From: Octopus sinensis
Lineage: Eukaryota
Direction: 5' to 3'
Length of the DNA: 64,000 nucleotides
NCBI RefSeq assembly: GCF_006345805.1
Contig: NC_043004.1
Location: forward strand, 60,946,001 to 61,010,000
Under the pieces are notes generated by a model. It had not been told where the DNA came from and ran no database searches. It was given only the letters and a program-made list of their open reading frames with translations. This document shows, piece by piece, positions 43,282 through 56,600 of this stretch; the first letter of the stretch is position 1, and each line of letters starts with the position of its first letter. The position numbers and the translations under genes were made by a program.

Positions 43282-43878
43282 AGGCGGTGAGCTGGCAGAA
43301 ACGTCAGCACGCCGGGCGAAATGCTTAGTAGTATTTCGGCTGCCGCTACGTTCGGAGTTCAAATTCCGCCGAGGTCGACTTTGCCTTTCATCCTTTCGGG
43401 GTCGATTAAATAAGTACCAGTTACGCACTGGGGTCGATATAATCGACTTAATCCGTTTGTCGTCTCTGTGTTTAGCCCCTTGTGGGTAGTAAAGAAATAG
43501 GTATTCTGTCTGCCGTTCTGAGTTCAAATTTCGCCGAGGTCGACTTTGCTTTTCATCCTCTCGGGATCGATAAATTCAATACCAGTTACACACTGGGATC
43601 GATGTAATTGACTTTGTCCCTTTGCCTGTCCTTTGTTGTCCCCTCTGTGTTTACCCCCTTGCTGGCAATAAAGTAATAAGAAACGTCAGCACGCCGTGCG
43701 AAATGCTTAGCGATATTTCGTCTGTCTTTATGTTCTGAGTTCAAATTTCGTCGAGGTCGACTTTGCCTTTCATCCTTTTGGGGTCGATAAATTAAGAACC
43801 AGTTGCGTACTGGGATCGATCTAATCGGCTATACCCTCCCACCAAATTTCGGGCCTTGTGCCTAGAGTAGAAAAGAAT
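43282..43878 (+). mobile_element. SINE family C with three tandem core units
   Basis: Core repeated at ~43355, ~43520 and ~43735. Confidence 0.8.
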
Positions 43879-45679
43879 AGGAAAGAACACTAAACTCTCT
43901 AAATGATAGCAAGCAAAGTTTGCAAATCTTCGTCTCAATCTAGGGTGCAACTGAAGAATACTTGATCATTTTACTAGCACGAAGCAAATTTTACGATGAT
44001 AGGTGTGTGCAGGATATGTCAAATTATTTCTATGGTATCAAGTAAAACTTTTCCTTTTCCTTTCTTTTAAATTTTGTGCATTTTGCGGACCGTACATTGT
44101 TCCAGGCATGAGAAAAGATCTATTTTGATTGAAGTGAGATGGGATATTGTATAAATGAGAATAAATTGCATTAAATTTCAACGGCAAACACTGTACTAAA
44201 ACTAAAATTAAGAAATTTAAATTACAATATCAACATTATGTGCATCGAAATGTTAACCTGCAACACTCGGCATAGTGTTATACTAATCTTATTAATCTTA
44301 TTACGAAAGTAGGGCTAGATTGCATTAAATTTCTCTAGCTTATAATTGTAAGAAGTATTTGAAATGGTAGTTGCATTTAAACAAGCTGAATGTACAATTG
44401 TAAATCCTATTGTGAATTGAATTAATGCTTCTCAAAGTCTACCGGAAATGATTGTTATGCATAACTATCACTATAGGAAGTTTTATCTTCTTGTTAACAA
44501 GGTTAGCTTTGCTAAATCCAAGCACATAATCATTATTTGTTTTGAATAATATGATACTCTACATAGTTAAAGTAAACTACTATAGAAATCTATATTTTAA
44601 TTCTCAGTAGTTTCGTTGGAACTGTAACTTAACTTTGCACATGTTCATGCACGCAAAGTTGGTGGTTGTGACGTGTCTAGTGTGTTAGCAAGTTGAACTG
44701 TGTACTTGCCACCATCTTGCATTTTACGTTCCACTGTTGTTTAGCTGCAATATGAAAGGGACAGTCGAATGTTTAAGGCTTTCCTCGTCAGGACATCGCA
44801 TCTCTAGAATGACACCCTACTATTAGTGACAAACGGTGGCTAGAGACTCGGCAGGGTGATGTCACTGGAGATAGTCTAGCGAGAGTCATCAGCGTGTGAA
44901 AATTTCCTAGGATACTATGTGTGAAATGGTATCACAGTTCTGTGGTTGACTTTGGTTTGGCAGAATTAGCAGCTAAAAGCCTGGAGATCCATAGATAGTC
45001 AACAGTTGTGCACAAACATATTTGACAGCAACTGCAGTCAAGTCCAGTTTATTCCAAGCGTATAGACTTTAGCTATCCTTTGGAAATTACTATCAAGGCT
45101 GAGAGAGTGAAAGAGAGAGGAAGAGAGAGGGAGAGAGAGAGACAAATTAGTTTGTCTATAGATTTGTACACGTTAAGAAATTGATGGAAGAATTCCAACA
45201 ACGGATAAATAGGGAAAACAGCCATTATCAATTATAAGTCGCCAGGTACTGTGACGTAGAGGGAGACGACAGAATAGTCTACGTCGGTGGGAGAAGCCTT
45301 TTTAACTTCATTGCAATTCTACTTCCCCTCAACTTGAGCAGCCCTCATACTGTAAAGTACTATTCTACCACTGTTTACCAGCCTCAGTGGATGTACTGAG
45401 AATTAGGTACTTTCTGGCAATTGAATAATAACAAAAACCGAAAATGCAAGAAACCAACACTCAGGATTGGGTGGTGGAATGTTTGTAAGACGAGAACTGG
45501 ATTATCTGAAGTAGACTACACATTATTTAGGCAAGAGCTGATGAAATATATTAATGTAGTATCGGGTTTGCTATCATATATAATTTTCAAGCTGTAGATC
45601 TTTGAAATTGGGGCATAAATTGCATGCGTTCCCCAAACATGAATTCGTCTAACGAATTTATCAATAATTTTTTTTTGTG

Positions 45680-46340
45680 TACGAGGTTTGATCAATAAGT
45701 ATCCGAACTGTTGCCATAAAAACGAAGCTAAAGCACGCAGAGTAAAGCTGCACAGCAAAAAGTGACAGTGAACATTGCTATGCATGCGCACTAAGTTTTA
45801 ACGTTCTAGCGTACTTCCGCCGTTTACAGCAGTGCTTCGAAGTAACTTATGAAACGTATGATCGTCGCATTGACCATGACAGAGAAAGTTGTCATGGTGA
45901 TATCTGCTTAGAAAGTGTATGGAGAGGAGGCAGTATAAGAGTGGTTCAGACGTTTCCAAAATGGCCGAAAAATGTCGATATTGACGAACGTTCTGGGAGA
46001 CCTGCAACAAGCAAAACAGAAAAACATCGAAGATGTGCGTGCAGATGAGAGGGGAAATCGTCGAATCACCATCTCTGAGTTATCAGATGATGTGCAGATT
46101 AGTTACAGTTCAGTTCAGCCCATTATCACTGATGATTTGGGTATGAGACGCATGTCTACCAAGTTTGTACAAAAAACTGGATTCAGCAGACCAAAAAGGC
46201 ACTCGGGTTTCAGTTGCACAAGGACATCCTTGATTGTGTCGAGAACGATGAAAATATTTTGAAAACTTTACGTACGCCTCTGAGCAGGTATCGTCAAGTT
46301 TTTAGCAAAATTTGATGCAGATTCTCTGCTCAACTTCCCC
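45680..46340 (+). mobile_element. Decayed mariner transposon, 5' half
   Basis: TA followed by TIR-like cgaggtttgatcaataagtatccg; HTH region NRRITISELSDDVQISYSSVQPIITDDLGMRRMSTKFVQK. Confidence 0.8.
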
Positions 46341-46438
46341 TGTCATGGTCAATGAGATGATCACATGTATATATTCATGTATATATGTGTATATATATAA
46401 GTATATATGTAAATATATATATATATGTAATTATATAT

Positions 46439-46481
<43 letters not shown>

Positions 46482-46490
46482 ATTATATAT

Positions 46491-46560
<70 letters not shown>

Positions 46561-46579
46561 TATATATATACATATATAT

Positions 46580-46622
<43 letters not shown>

Positions 46623-47023
46623 TCAACTTGTGTGTCTGTGTGGGTATCTATGTGTCTGTGTGTTTAACTTCCCGGCACATCTCCTAGCCAACAAATCGTA
46701 GAACCACCAAAAATGGGTCACTTAAAGTTTAGGCGAATGAAAATTGTACTGCGCTATTTCTGTTCCGAAATTCATCTCGCAAGTGCAAAAATCGATAATG
46801 TGTTTGTTTAGGCCGTATTCCATGCATTGAATAGTGAACTTGACTCAATCAGCTGTTTGACGTGAACTGTGTTCACCACGCATGCAAGCATGCGTAAATT
46901 GCATGAAAAATAAAAAATCGAGATATAAAAACGAATCGCCGTAAACATTGTAGAAATTCGGCAAAGAAATGAATTTTCGGGATGTAGCCTGGAGGGTTTT
47001 TTCGTATTAATATATATATATCA

Positions 47024-47080
<57 letters not shown>

Positions 47081-47253
47081 TATATATATATATATATATA
47101 CCAATTAAGGACTGAACACGAAAAGTGGACAGTCAACATGCTAGATATAGACGTCAAATCGCCATTCACCACAAAAGATTATGTTCTCAGATCAAACTCA
47201 ACACAAAACCATAGCAATAAACAAGTGAAAAATATACGAAATAAAATAATTAC

Positions 47254-47318
47254 CCATGTACTAAATTAGTTTCAGCTGTTATTTTCCGCAAGGAAAACTG
47301 CAGCCATCATCAGCATGG
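47254..47318 (-). ncRNA. Type I hammerhead ribozyme (array A; also ~47760-47824 and ~48266-48329)
   Basis: Reverse complement of 48807-48871. Confidence 0.85.
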
Positions 47319-48806
47319 TCCGTTATAAATGTAATTTGCTGGACTAGATGCAAACACGATACCGAAATATCGCGTGCATGGAGTTCAGCCTATTACATTT
47401 GAATATATCTTTCAAATGCCTTTACTTTGGCGCGTTGGAGCCCGAGAAAACTAGCCTGCAGCTAATAATTAGCAGCAGTTAATTTATCGGTTAGAGAACA
47501 TATTTATTTATATAAAATTAATTAAGGTAGAAATTGATATTTATCAATTAAGACCAGTGGTCTAGCATATTAAAAAAGAATCCGAAGATTAAAATATTTA
47601 TATATACCAATTAAGGACTGAACACGAAAAGTGGACAGTCAACATGCTAGATATAGACGTCAAATCGCCATTCACCACAAAAGATTATGTTCTCAGATCA
47701 AACTCAACACAAAACCATAGCAATAAACAAGTGAAAAATATACGAAATAAAATAATTACCCATGTACTAAATTAGTTTCAGCTGTTATTTTCCGCAAGGA
47801 AAACTGCAGCCATCATCAGCATGGTCCGTTATAAATGTAATTTGCTGGACTAGATGCAAACACGATACCGAAATATCGCGTGCATGGAGTTCAGCCTATT
47901 ACATTTGAATATATCTTTCAAATGCCTTTACTTTGGCGCGTTGGAGCCCGAGAAAACTAGCCTGCAGCTAATAATTAGCAGCATTAATTTATCGGTTAGA
48001 GAACATATTTATTTATATAAAATTAATTAAGGGTAGAAATTGATATTTATCAATTAAGACCAGTGGTCTAGCATATTAAAAAAGAATCCGAAGATTAAAA
48101 TATTTATATATACCAATTAAGGACTGAACACGAAAAGTGGACAGTCAACATGCTAGATATAGACGTCAAATCGCCATTCACCACAAAAGATTATGTTCTC
48201 AGATCAAACTCAACACAAAACCATAGCAATAAACAAGTGAAAAATATACGAAATAAAATAATTACCCATGTACTAATTAGTTTCAGCTGTTATTTTCCGC
48301 AAGGAAAACTGCAGCCATCATCAGCATGGTCCGTTATAAATGTAATTTGCTGGACTAGATGCAAACACGATACCGAAATATCGCGTGCATGGAGTTCAGC
48401 CTATTACATTTGAATATATCTTTCAAATGCCTTTACTTTGGCGCGTGGAGCCCGAGAAAACTAGCCTGCAGCTAATAATTAGCAGCAGTTAATTTATCGG
48501 TTAGAGAACATATTTATTATATAAAATTAATTAAGGGTAGAAATTGATATTTATCAATTAAGACCAGTGGTCTAGCATATTAAAAAAGAATCCGAAGATT
48601 AAAATATTTATATATACCAATTAAGGACTGAACACGAAAAGTGGACAGTCAACATGCTAGATATAGACGTCAAATCGCCATTCACCACAAAAGATTATGT
48701 TCTCAGATCAAACTCAACACAAAACCATAGCAATAAACAAGTGAAAAATATACGATATTTCGGTATCGTGTTTGCATCTAGTCCAGCAAATTACATTTAT
48801 AACGGA

Positions 48807-48871
48807 CCATGCTGATGATGGCTGCAGTTTTCCTTGCGGAAAATAACAGCTGAAACTAATTTAGTACATGG
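48807..48871 (+). ncRNA. Type I hammerhead ribozyme (array A)
   Basis: ccatg-CTGATGA-tggctg cag ttttcc ttgc ggaaaa taa cagct-GAAA-cta att tag-TA-catgg. Complete core, three stems, GUA site (predicted cut after 48866). Confidence 0.88.
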
Positions 48872-49110
48872 GTAATTATTTTATTTCGTATATTTTTCAC
48901 TTGTTTATTGCTATGGTTTTGTGTTGAGTTTGATCTGAGAACATAATCTTTTGTGGTGAATGGCGATTTGACGTCTATATCTAGCATGTTGACTGTCCAC
49001 TTTTCGTGTTCAGTCCTTAATTGTATATATAAATATTTTAATCGTCGGATTCTTTTTTAATATGCTAGACCACTGGTCTTAATTGATAAATATCAATTTC
49101 TACCCTTAAT

Positions 49111-49151
<41 letters not shown>

Positions 49152-49159
<8 letters not shown>

Positions 49160-49788
49160 TAAATTAGAGACAAAACCACTATTAGGCAAATCATACAATG
49201 AAAAACTTAAGCCAATACATAAGATTATTTGATTTATATTATTTAAATATATAACAAAAGTTTTTCATTGTATGATTTGCCTAATAGTGGTTTTGTCTCT
49301 AATTTAATATAATATAGGAGGCGCAATGGCCCAGTGGTTAGGGCAGCGGACTCGCGGTCATAGGATCGCGGTTTCGATTCCCAGACCGGGCGTTGTGAGT
49401 GTTTATTGAGCGAAAACACCTAAAGCTCCACGAGGCTCCGGCAGGGGATGGTGGTGATCCCTGCTGTACTCTTTCACCACAACTTTCTCTCACTCTTACT
49501 TCCTGTTTCTGTTGTACCTGTATTTCAAAGGGCCGGCCTTGTCACTCTCTGTGTCACGCTGAATATCCCCGAGAACTACGTTAAGGGTACACGTGTCTGT
49601 GGAGTGTTCAGCCACTTACACGTTAATTTCACGAGCAGGCTGTTCAGTTGATCGGATCAACCGGAACCCTCGTCGTCGTAACCGACGGAGTGCTTCCAAT
49701 ATAATATAATATTTTACTATAAAATTGGATTCAATCCTAAATCTGATTTTTCCCTGTAAGTTTGGATTTATTCCCTAATATTTATTAT
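49152..49788. mobile_element. Inverted Penelope-like end pair, split by a SINE
   Basis: Arms 49157-49208 and 49258-49310 are reverse complements. Sequence shared with 51878-52145. Confidence 0.7.
49317..49697 (+). mobile_element. SINE family A, full length, with 11-bp TSD
   Basis: Flanked by aatataatata on both sides. Confidence 0.9.
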
Positions 49789-49791
49789 ATA

Positions 49792-49829
<38 letters not shown>

Positions 49830-49834
<5 letters not shown>

Positions 49835-50100
49835 GCATGATAGAAGAAGGCTAACTCTTCCTTCCGTAGAAGAACAAATTCAAATCGGACCATGTTAACA
49901 CTAAAAATTATTTACATCAAAAAGGTGCCTATTTTCTATGAAAATCCCTATTTTTTACGATGTTTTGACTGCTGTGTCGCCATTTTTCGGTGTATTTCAC
50001 TTAAAGAGAATAACAAGCTACATACTGCCTAATTTTTACTTTTCAAAAATTCCAATTCTAAAGGGTCTAAACAAACTGCAACGCCGGGCGATACTGCTAG
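49830..50100 (+). mobile_element. Helitron-like 3' end
   Basis: Ends gcaacgccgggcgatactgCTAG|t, identical to the terminus of 380-771, but with a different body. Confidence 0.6.
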
Positions 50101-50337
50101 TATGTATATATATATACATGTATATATATATATGCATATTCATGTATATATATGTATATATATATATATATAATATATATATATATAATATATATATATA
50201 TACATGTATGTTTATATGCATGTATATATTTATGTATATGTATATTTATATTCCTTCATATATATTTATACATACATATGTATATATATATTAGTATATT
50301 TATATATACTTGCATATACGTGTATATAATTCTGAAT

Positions 50338-50372
<35 letters not shown>

Positions 50373-51339
50373 GTAGTAGTAGAAGTAACAGAAAAGAGGA
50401 ATTTCGGTTGTCCCCCCGTGGTGGATTGTAATGTATATAAGAAATTAAAAATGGAAGATACGCACACTTACATGGTTATAGTATATTCCTCTTCGACCAA
50501 AGATAGTGCTCCAGCATGGCGGCAATCACATGACCGAACCTAGTAAAATAAAAAAAAAAACTATGCCATTTTCATCTCGAGCATAAATAAATAAAATAGC
50601 ATATACAGCTCACAAACAGATAAATAAACAAATTGATCTCTTTTCTACTTCAATTATTCCATATTTTTCTCTTATTAACCTACATACAGGCGGAGTTAAT
50701 TATATATGATAATACTTTTAATGCGTCTCCCGAGAAACAGTAAAAGTAATTATCCGATCAACGACGAGTATTACTGCTGGTAGTTAGCTAGAGATATACA
50801 CAAACACGCAAACATGCATACATTTGAATATACATGCAGGTATGCATATACATACACGAACGCACATAAAGCACAAATCAACATCTTTAAATAAATAACT
50901 CCACCCATCATGCATGATTATATGGGATATTACTGAGTCTCGTCTGTAAACTGAAATGTATATATACACACACAAGCATACATATATTTATGTGTGTGTG
51001 TGTGTGTGCACGTGCTTTCGTGTGCGTGCGTGCGAGCATGTGTGTGAAGGTCTCTGTGCGTGTATGAGTACGGATGTGTGTCAGAAGGTAAGATACGTTT
51101 ACGAGCACATGCCTTTATTAAACACAGATTTTGCTGCAATGTGTGATGGTAAATAACTTTGAAAGTTGATACCGACGTAACGATAGCATTAATATTTACC
51201 GGCAACATGGGGGAAGAAGCTCCGATGCTGTGTAATGTGTAATGTTGATGCGTATGTATATATGTATACACACACATAAGCGTAGGTATATATATCGCAC
51301 ACTGTATATATATAATATATATATATAATATATATATAT

Positions 51340-51377
<38 letters not shown>

Positions 51378-51456
51378 AGTTTGTGAGTGTGTGTATATAT
51401 ATATGTATACATACACACACACACACACACACATATATATTTACACACATACATAT

Positions 51457-51858
51457 AGGCGCATGAGTGGCTGTGTGGTAAATAGCTTGCTTACCAACCA
51501 CGTGGTTGCAGGTTCAGTCCTACTGCGTGGCATCTTGGGCAAATATCTTCTACTATACCCTCGGGCCGACCAAAGACTTGTGATTGGATTTGGTAGACGG
51601 AAACTGAAAGAGGCCGTTGCATATATGCATATATATATGTGTGTGTATGTGTGTTTGTGTGTCTGTGCTTGTCTCCCTAGCATTGCTTGACAACCGATGC
51701 TGGTGTGTTTATGACCCCGTCACCTACCAGTTCCGCAAAGTAACCGATAGAATAAGTACTAGGCTTCCAAAGAATAAGTCCTAGGGTCGATTTGCTCGAA
51801 TAAAAGGCAGTGCTCCAGCATAGCCGAAGTCAAATGACTGAAACAAGTAAAAGAGTAA
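51457..51858 (+). mobile_element. SINE family B, full length
   Basis: Matches 14908-15335. Confidence 0.82.
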
Positions 51859-51877
51859 ATATATATATATATATATA

Positions 51878-52145
51878 TAATAATAAATATTAGGGAATGA
51901 ATCCAAAATTACAGGGAAAAATCAGATTTTCATTGATAATTTTATTATTTTATTATTTTAAATTATATTAAATTATATTTTAAAATATTGATATTTTTAG
52001 ATCGAAAATCCACCTGAAGATTGTCGGTAGCAGACATGAAACAATTGTTGTGGCGGTTTATTTAATTTATATTAAAATTTTATGTATTGATTAAGTCTTT
52101 TCTTGTTTGGTTTTAAAATAGTGGTTTTGTCTCGAATTATATTAT
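51878..52145. mobile_element. Penelope-like end pair (inverted) in (TA)n
   Basis: 51880-51930 is the reverse complement of ~49740-49788; 52080-52140 matches 49258-49305; contains a hammerhead. Confidence 0.7.
52010..52053 (+). ncRNA. Type I hammerhead ribozyme
   Basis: ccac-CTGAAGA-t tgtc ggtagca gaca t-GAAA-caattg-TT-gtgg; palindromic stem III, GUU site. Confidence 0.78.
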
Positions 52146-52420
52146 ATATATATATATATAAGTTTAACAATTAAGGATAATCTCTTAATAAGGGATCTTA
52201 ACAAGAAATTATCGGGTAGCTAGCGTGAAAACCTCATAAAAGAAAAGAATCCGAAAATAATTTTTTTCTTTTGAACAAATTAATTATATCTATATTGTAT
52301 AGAGGGCATTATTACACATAAATGCCTCACACTAGGAGGGACAAAGTCATTACTACCAAAAATTATACTAATCATACCCAAATGCAGTTTTTCAAAGCAA
52401 GACATTTAAAAATGAATTAT

Positions 52421-52475
52421 GTTCTGTATCACCGTGATTTCACATACACTTGCGTCTAATGATCGTCAGCAGAAC
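52421..52475 (-). ncRNA. Type I hammerhead ribozyme (array B left arm; also 52900-52955 and 53379-53434)
   Basis: Reverse complement of 53550-53605. Confidence 0.85.
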
Positions 52476-53549
52476 TGATTCTGAATACATCATAAATAAA
52501 CTACCAACCTTACGTAGCGGAGACGAACAGACAACTGCTCACTCCGGCCAAGCACATGGAATGTTTATAAATCATATATCCGGTAAATGGCGGGCTTTTT
52601 ACGAACTGCATGTCGGGTAATGAAAAGTATTTCGGAATAAGTTTAACAATTAAGGATAATCTCTTAATAAGGGATCTTAACAAGAAATTATCGGGTAGCT
52701 AGCGTGAAAACCTCATAAAAGAAAAGAATCCGAAAATAATTTTTTTCTTTTGAACAAATTAATTATATCTATATTGTATAGAGGGCATTATTACACATAA
52801 ATGCCTCACACTAGGAGGGACAAAGTCATTACTACCAAAAATTATACTAATCATACCCAAATGCAGTTTTTCAAAGCAAGACATTTAAAAATGAATTATG
52901 TTCTGTATCACCGTGATTTCACATACAACTTGCGTCTAATGATCGTCAGCAGAACTGATTCTGAATACATCATAAATAAACTACCAACCTTACGTAGCGG
53001 AGACGAACAGACAACTGCTCACTCCGGCCAAGCACATGGAATGTTTATAAATCATATATCCGGTAAATGGCGGGCTTTTTACGAACTGCATGTCGGGTAA
53101 TGAAAAGTATTTCGGAATAAGTTTAACAATTAAGGATAATCTCTTAATAGGGATCTTAACAAGAAATTATCGGGTAGCTAGCGTGAAAACCTCATAAAAG
53201 AAAAGAATCCGAAAATAATTTTTTTCTTTTGAACAAATTAATTATATCTATATTGTATAGAGGGCATTATTACACATAAATGCCTCACACTAGGAGGGAC
53301 AAAGTCATTACTACCAAAAATTATACTAATCATACCCAAATGCAGTTTTTCAAAGCAAGACATTTAAAAATGAATTATGTTCTGTATCACCGTGATTTCA
53401 CATACAACTTGCGTCTAATGATCGTCAGCAGAACTGATTCTGAATACATCATAAATAAACTACCAACCTTACGTAGCGGAGACGAACAGACAACTGCTCA
53501 CTCCGGCCAAGCACATGGAATGTTTATAAATTTTATGTATTCAGAATCA

Positions 53550-53605
53550 GTTCTGCTGACGATCATTAGACGCAAGTTGTATGTGAAATCACGGTGATAC
53601 AGAAC
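53550..53605 (+). ncRNA. Type I hammerhead ribozyme (array B right arm; also starting 54028, 54507, 54982, 55461, 55941, 56421, 56900)
   Basis: gttctg-CTGACGA-t cat tagac GCAA gttgt atg t-GAAA-tcac g gtga-TA-cagaac. Six-bp stem I, GNRA-capped stem II, self-complementary stem III, AUA site (predicted cut after 53599). Confidence 0.88.
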
Positions 53606-56600
53606 ATAATTCATTTTTAAATGTCTTGCTTTGAAAAACTGCATTTGGGTATGATTAGTATAATTTTTGGTAGTAATGACTTTGTCCCTCCTAGTGTGAG
53701 GCATTTATGTGTAATAATGCCCTCTATACAATATAGATATAATTATTTGTTCAAAAGAAAAAAATTATTTTCGGATTCTTTTCTTTTATGAGGTTTTCAC
53801 GCTAGCTACCCGATAATTCTTGTCAAGATCCCTTATTAAGAGATTATCCTTAATTGTTAAACTTATTCCGAAATACTTTTCATTACCCGACATGCAGTTC
53901 GTAAAAAGCCCGCCATTTACCGGATATATGATTTATAAACATTCCATGTGCTTGGCCGGAGTGAGCAGTTGTCTGTTCGTCTTCGCTACGTAAGGTTGGT
54001 AGTTTATTTATGATGTATTCAGAATCAGTTCTGCTGACGATCATTAGACGCAAGTTGTATGTGAAATCACGGTGATACAGAACATAATTCATTTTTAAAT
54101 GTCTTGCTTTGAAAAACTGCATTTGGGTATGATTAGTATAATTTTGGTAGTAATGACTCTGTCCCTCCTAGTGTGAGGCATTTATGTGTAATAATGCCCT
54201 CTATACAATATAGATATAATTAATTTGTTCAAAAGAAAAAAATTATTTTCGGATTCTTTTCTTTTATGAGGTTTTCACGCTAGCTACCCGATAATTTCTT
54301 GTTAAGATCCCTTATTAAGAGATTATCCTTAATTGTTAAACTTATTCCGAAATACTTTTCATTACCCGACATGCAGTTCGTAAAAAGCCCGCCATTTACC
54401 GGATATATGATTTATAAACATTCCATGTGCTTGGCCGGAGTGAGCAGTTGTCTGTTCGTCTCCGCTACGTAAGGTTGGTAGTTTATTTATGATGTATTCA
54501 GAATCAGTTCTGCTGACGATCATTAGACGCAAGTTGTATGTGAAATCACGGTGATACAGAACATAATTCATTTTTAATGTCTTGCTTTGAAAAACTGCAT
54601 TGGGTATGATTAGTATAATTTTTGGTAGTAATGACTTTGTCCCTCCTAGTGTGAGGCATTTATGTGTAATAATGCCCTCTATACAATATAGATATAATTA
54701 ATTGTTCAAAAGAAAAAAATTATTTTCGGATTCTTTTCTTTTATGAGGTTTTCACGCTAGCTACCCGATAATTTCTTGTTAAGATCCCTTATTAAGAGAT
54801 TATCCTTAATTGTAAACTTATTCCGAATACTTTTCATTACCCGACATGCAGTTCGTAAAAAGCCCGCCATTTACCGGATATATGATTTATAAACATTCCA
54901 TGTGCTTGGCCGGAGTGAGCAGTTGTCTGTTCGTCTCCGCTACGTAAGGTTGGTAGTTTATTTATGATGTATTCAGAATCAGTTCTGCTGACGATCATTA
55001 GACGCAAGTTGTATGTGAAATCACGGTGATACAGAACATAATTCATTTTTAAATGTCTTGCTTTGAAAAACTGCATTGGGTATGATTAGTATAATTTTTG
55101 GTAGTAATGACTTTGTCCCTCCTAGTGTGAGGCATTTATGTGTAATAATGCCCTCTATACAATATAGATATAATTAATTTGTTCAAAAGAAAAAAATTAT
55201 TTTCGGATTCTTTTCTTTTATGAGGTTTTCACGCTAGCTACCCGATAATTTCTTGTTAAGATCCCTTATTAAGAGATTATCCTTAATTGTTAAACTTATC
55301 CCGAAATACTTTTCATTACCCGACATGCAGTTCGTAAAAAGCCCGCCATTTACCGGATATATGATTTATAAACATTCCATGTGCTTGGCCGGAGTGAGCA
55401 GTTGTCTGTTCGTCTCCGCTACGTAAGGTTGGTAGTTTATTTATGATGTATTCAGAATCAGTTCTGCTGACGATCATTAGACGCAAGTTGTATGTGAAAT
55501 CACGGTGATACAGAACATAATTCATTTTTAAATGTCTTGCTTTGAAAAACTGCATTTGGGTATGATTAGTATAATTTTTGGTAGTAATGACTTTGTCCCT
55601 CCTAGTGTGAGGCATTTATGTGTAATAATGCCCTCTATACAATATAGATATAATTAATTTGTTCAAAAGAAAAAAATTATTTTCGGATTCTTTTCTTTTA
55701 TGAGGTTTTCACGCTAGCTACCCGATAATTTCTTGTTAAGATCCCTTATTAAGAGATTATCCTTAATTGTTAAACTTATTCCGAAATACTTTTCATTACC
55801 CGACATGCAGTTCGTAAAAAGCCCGCCATTTACCGGATATATGATTTATAAACATTCCATGTGCTTGGCCGGAGTGAGCAGTTGTCTGTTCGTCTCCGCT
55901 ACGTAAGGTTGGTAGTTTATTTATGATGTATTCAGAATCAGTTCTGCTGACGATCATTAGACGCAAGTTGTATGTGAAATCACGGTGATACAGAACATAA
56001 TTCATTTTTAAATGTCTTGCTTTGAAAAACTGCATTTGGGTATGATTAGTATAATTTTTGGTAGTAATGACTTTGTCCCTCCTAGTGTGAGGCATTTATG
56101 TGTAATAATGCCCTCTATACAATATAGATATAATTAATTTGTTCAAAAGAAAAAAATTATTTTCGGATTCTTTTCTTTTATGAGGTTTTCACGCTAGCTA
56201 CCCGATAATTTCTTGTTAAGATCCCTTATTAAGAGATTATCCTTAATTGTTAAACTTATTCCGAAATACTTTTCATTACCCGACATGCAGTTCGTAAAAA
56301 GCCCGCCATTTACCGGATATATGATTTATAAACATTCCATGTGCTTGGCCGGAGTGAGCAGTTGTCTGTTCGTCTCCGCTACGTAAGGTTGGTAGTTTAT
56401 TTATGATGTATTCAGAATCAGTTCTGCTGACGATCATTAGACGCAAGTTGTATGTGAAATCACGGTGATACAGAACATAATTCATTTTTAATGTCTTGCT
56501 TTGAAAAACTGCATTTGGGTATGATTAGTATAATTTTTGGTAGTAATGACTTTGTCCCTCCTAGTGTGAGGCATTTATGTGTAATAATGCCCTCTATACA

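Larger units (their letters stand above)
47101..49120. mobile_element. Retrozyme-like tandem array A (~506-bp unit) with internal inversion
   Basis: Units start at 47101, 47607, 48113 and 48617; inversion at 48753-48755; one hammerhead per full unit; (TA)n on both flanks. Confidence 0.88.

Noticed and set aside
43900-45500. Second non-repetitive stretch
   Set aside because: No ORF or RNA motif identified by eye.
48150-48413. 87-aa ORF in array A
   Set aside because: Open in only one unit because of a 1-nt deletion; no recognisable domain.
52801-53100. 99-aa ORF repeated in each 480-bp unit
   Set aside because: Antisense to the ribozyme strand, no recognisable domain, and it recurs only because the unit is repeated.
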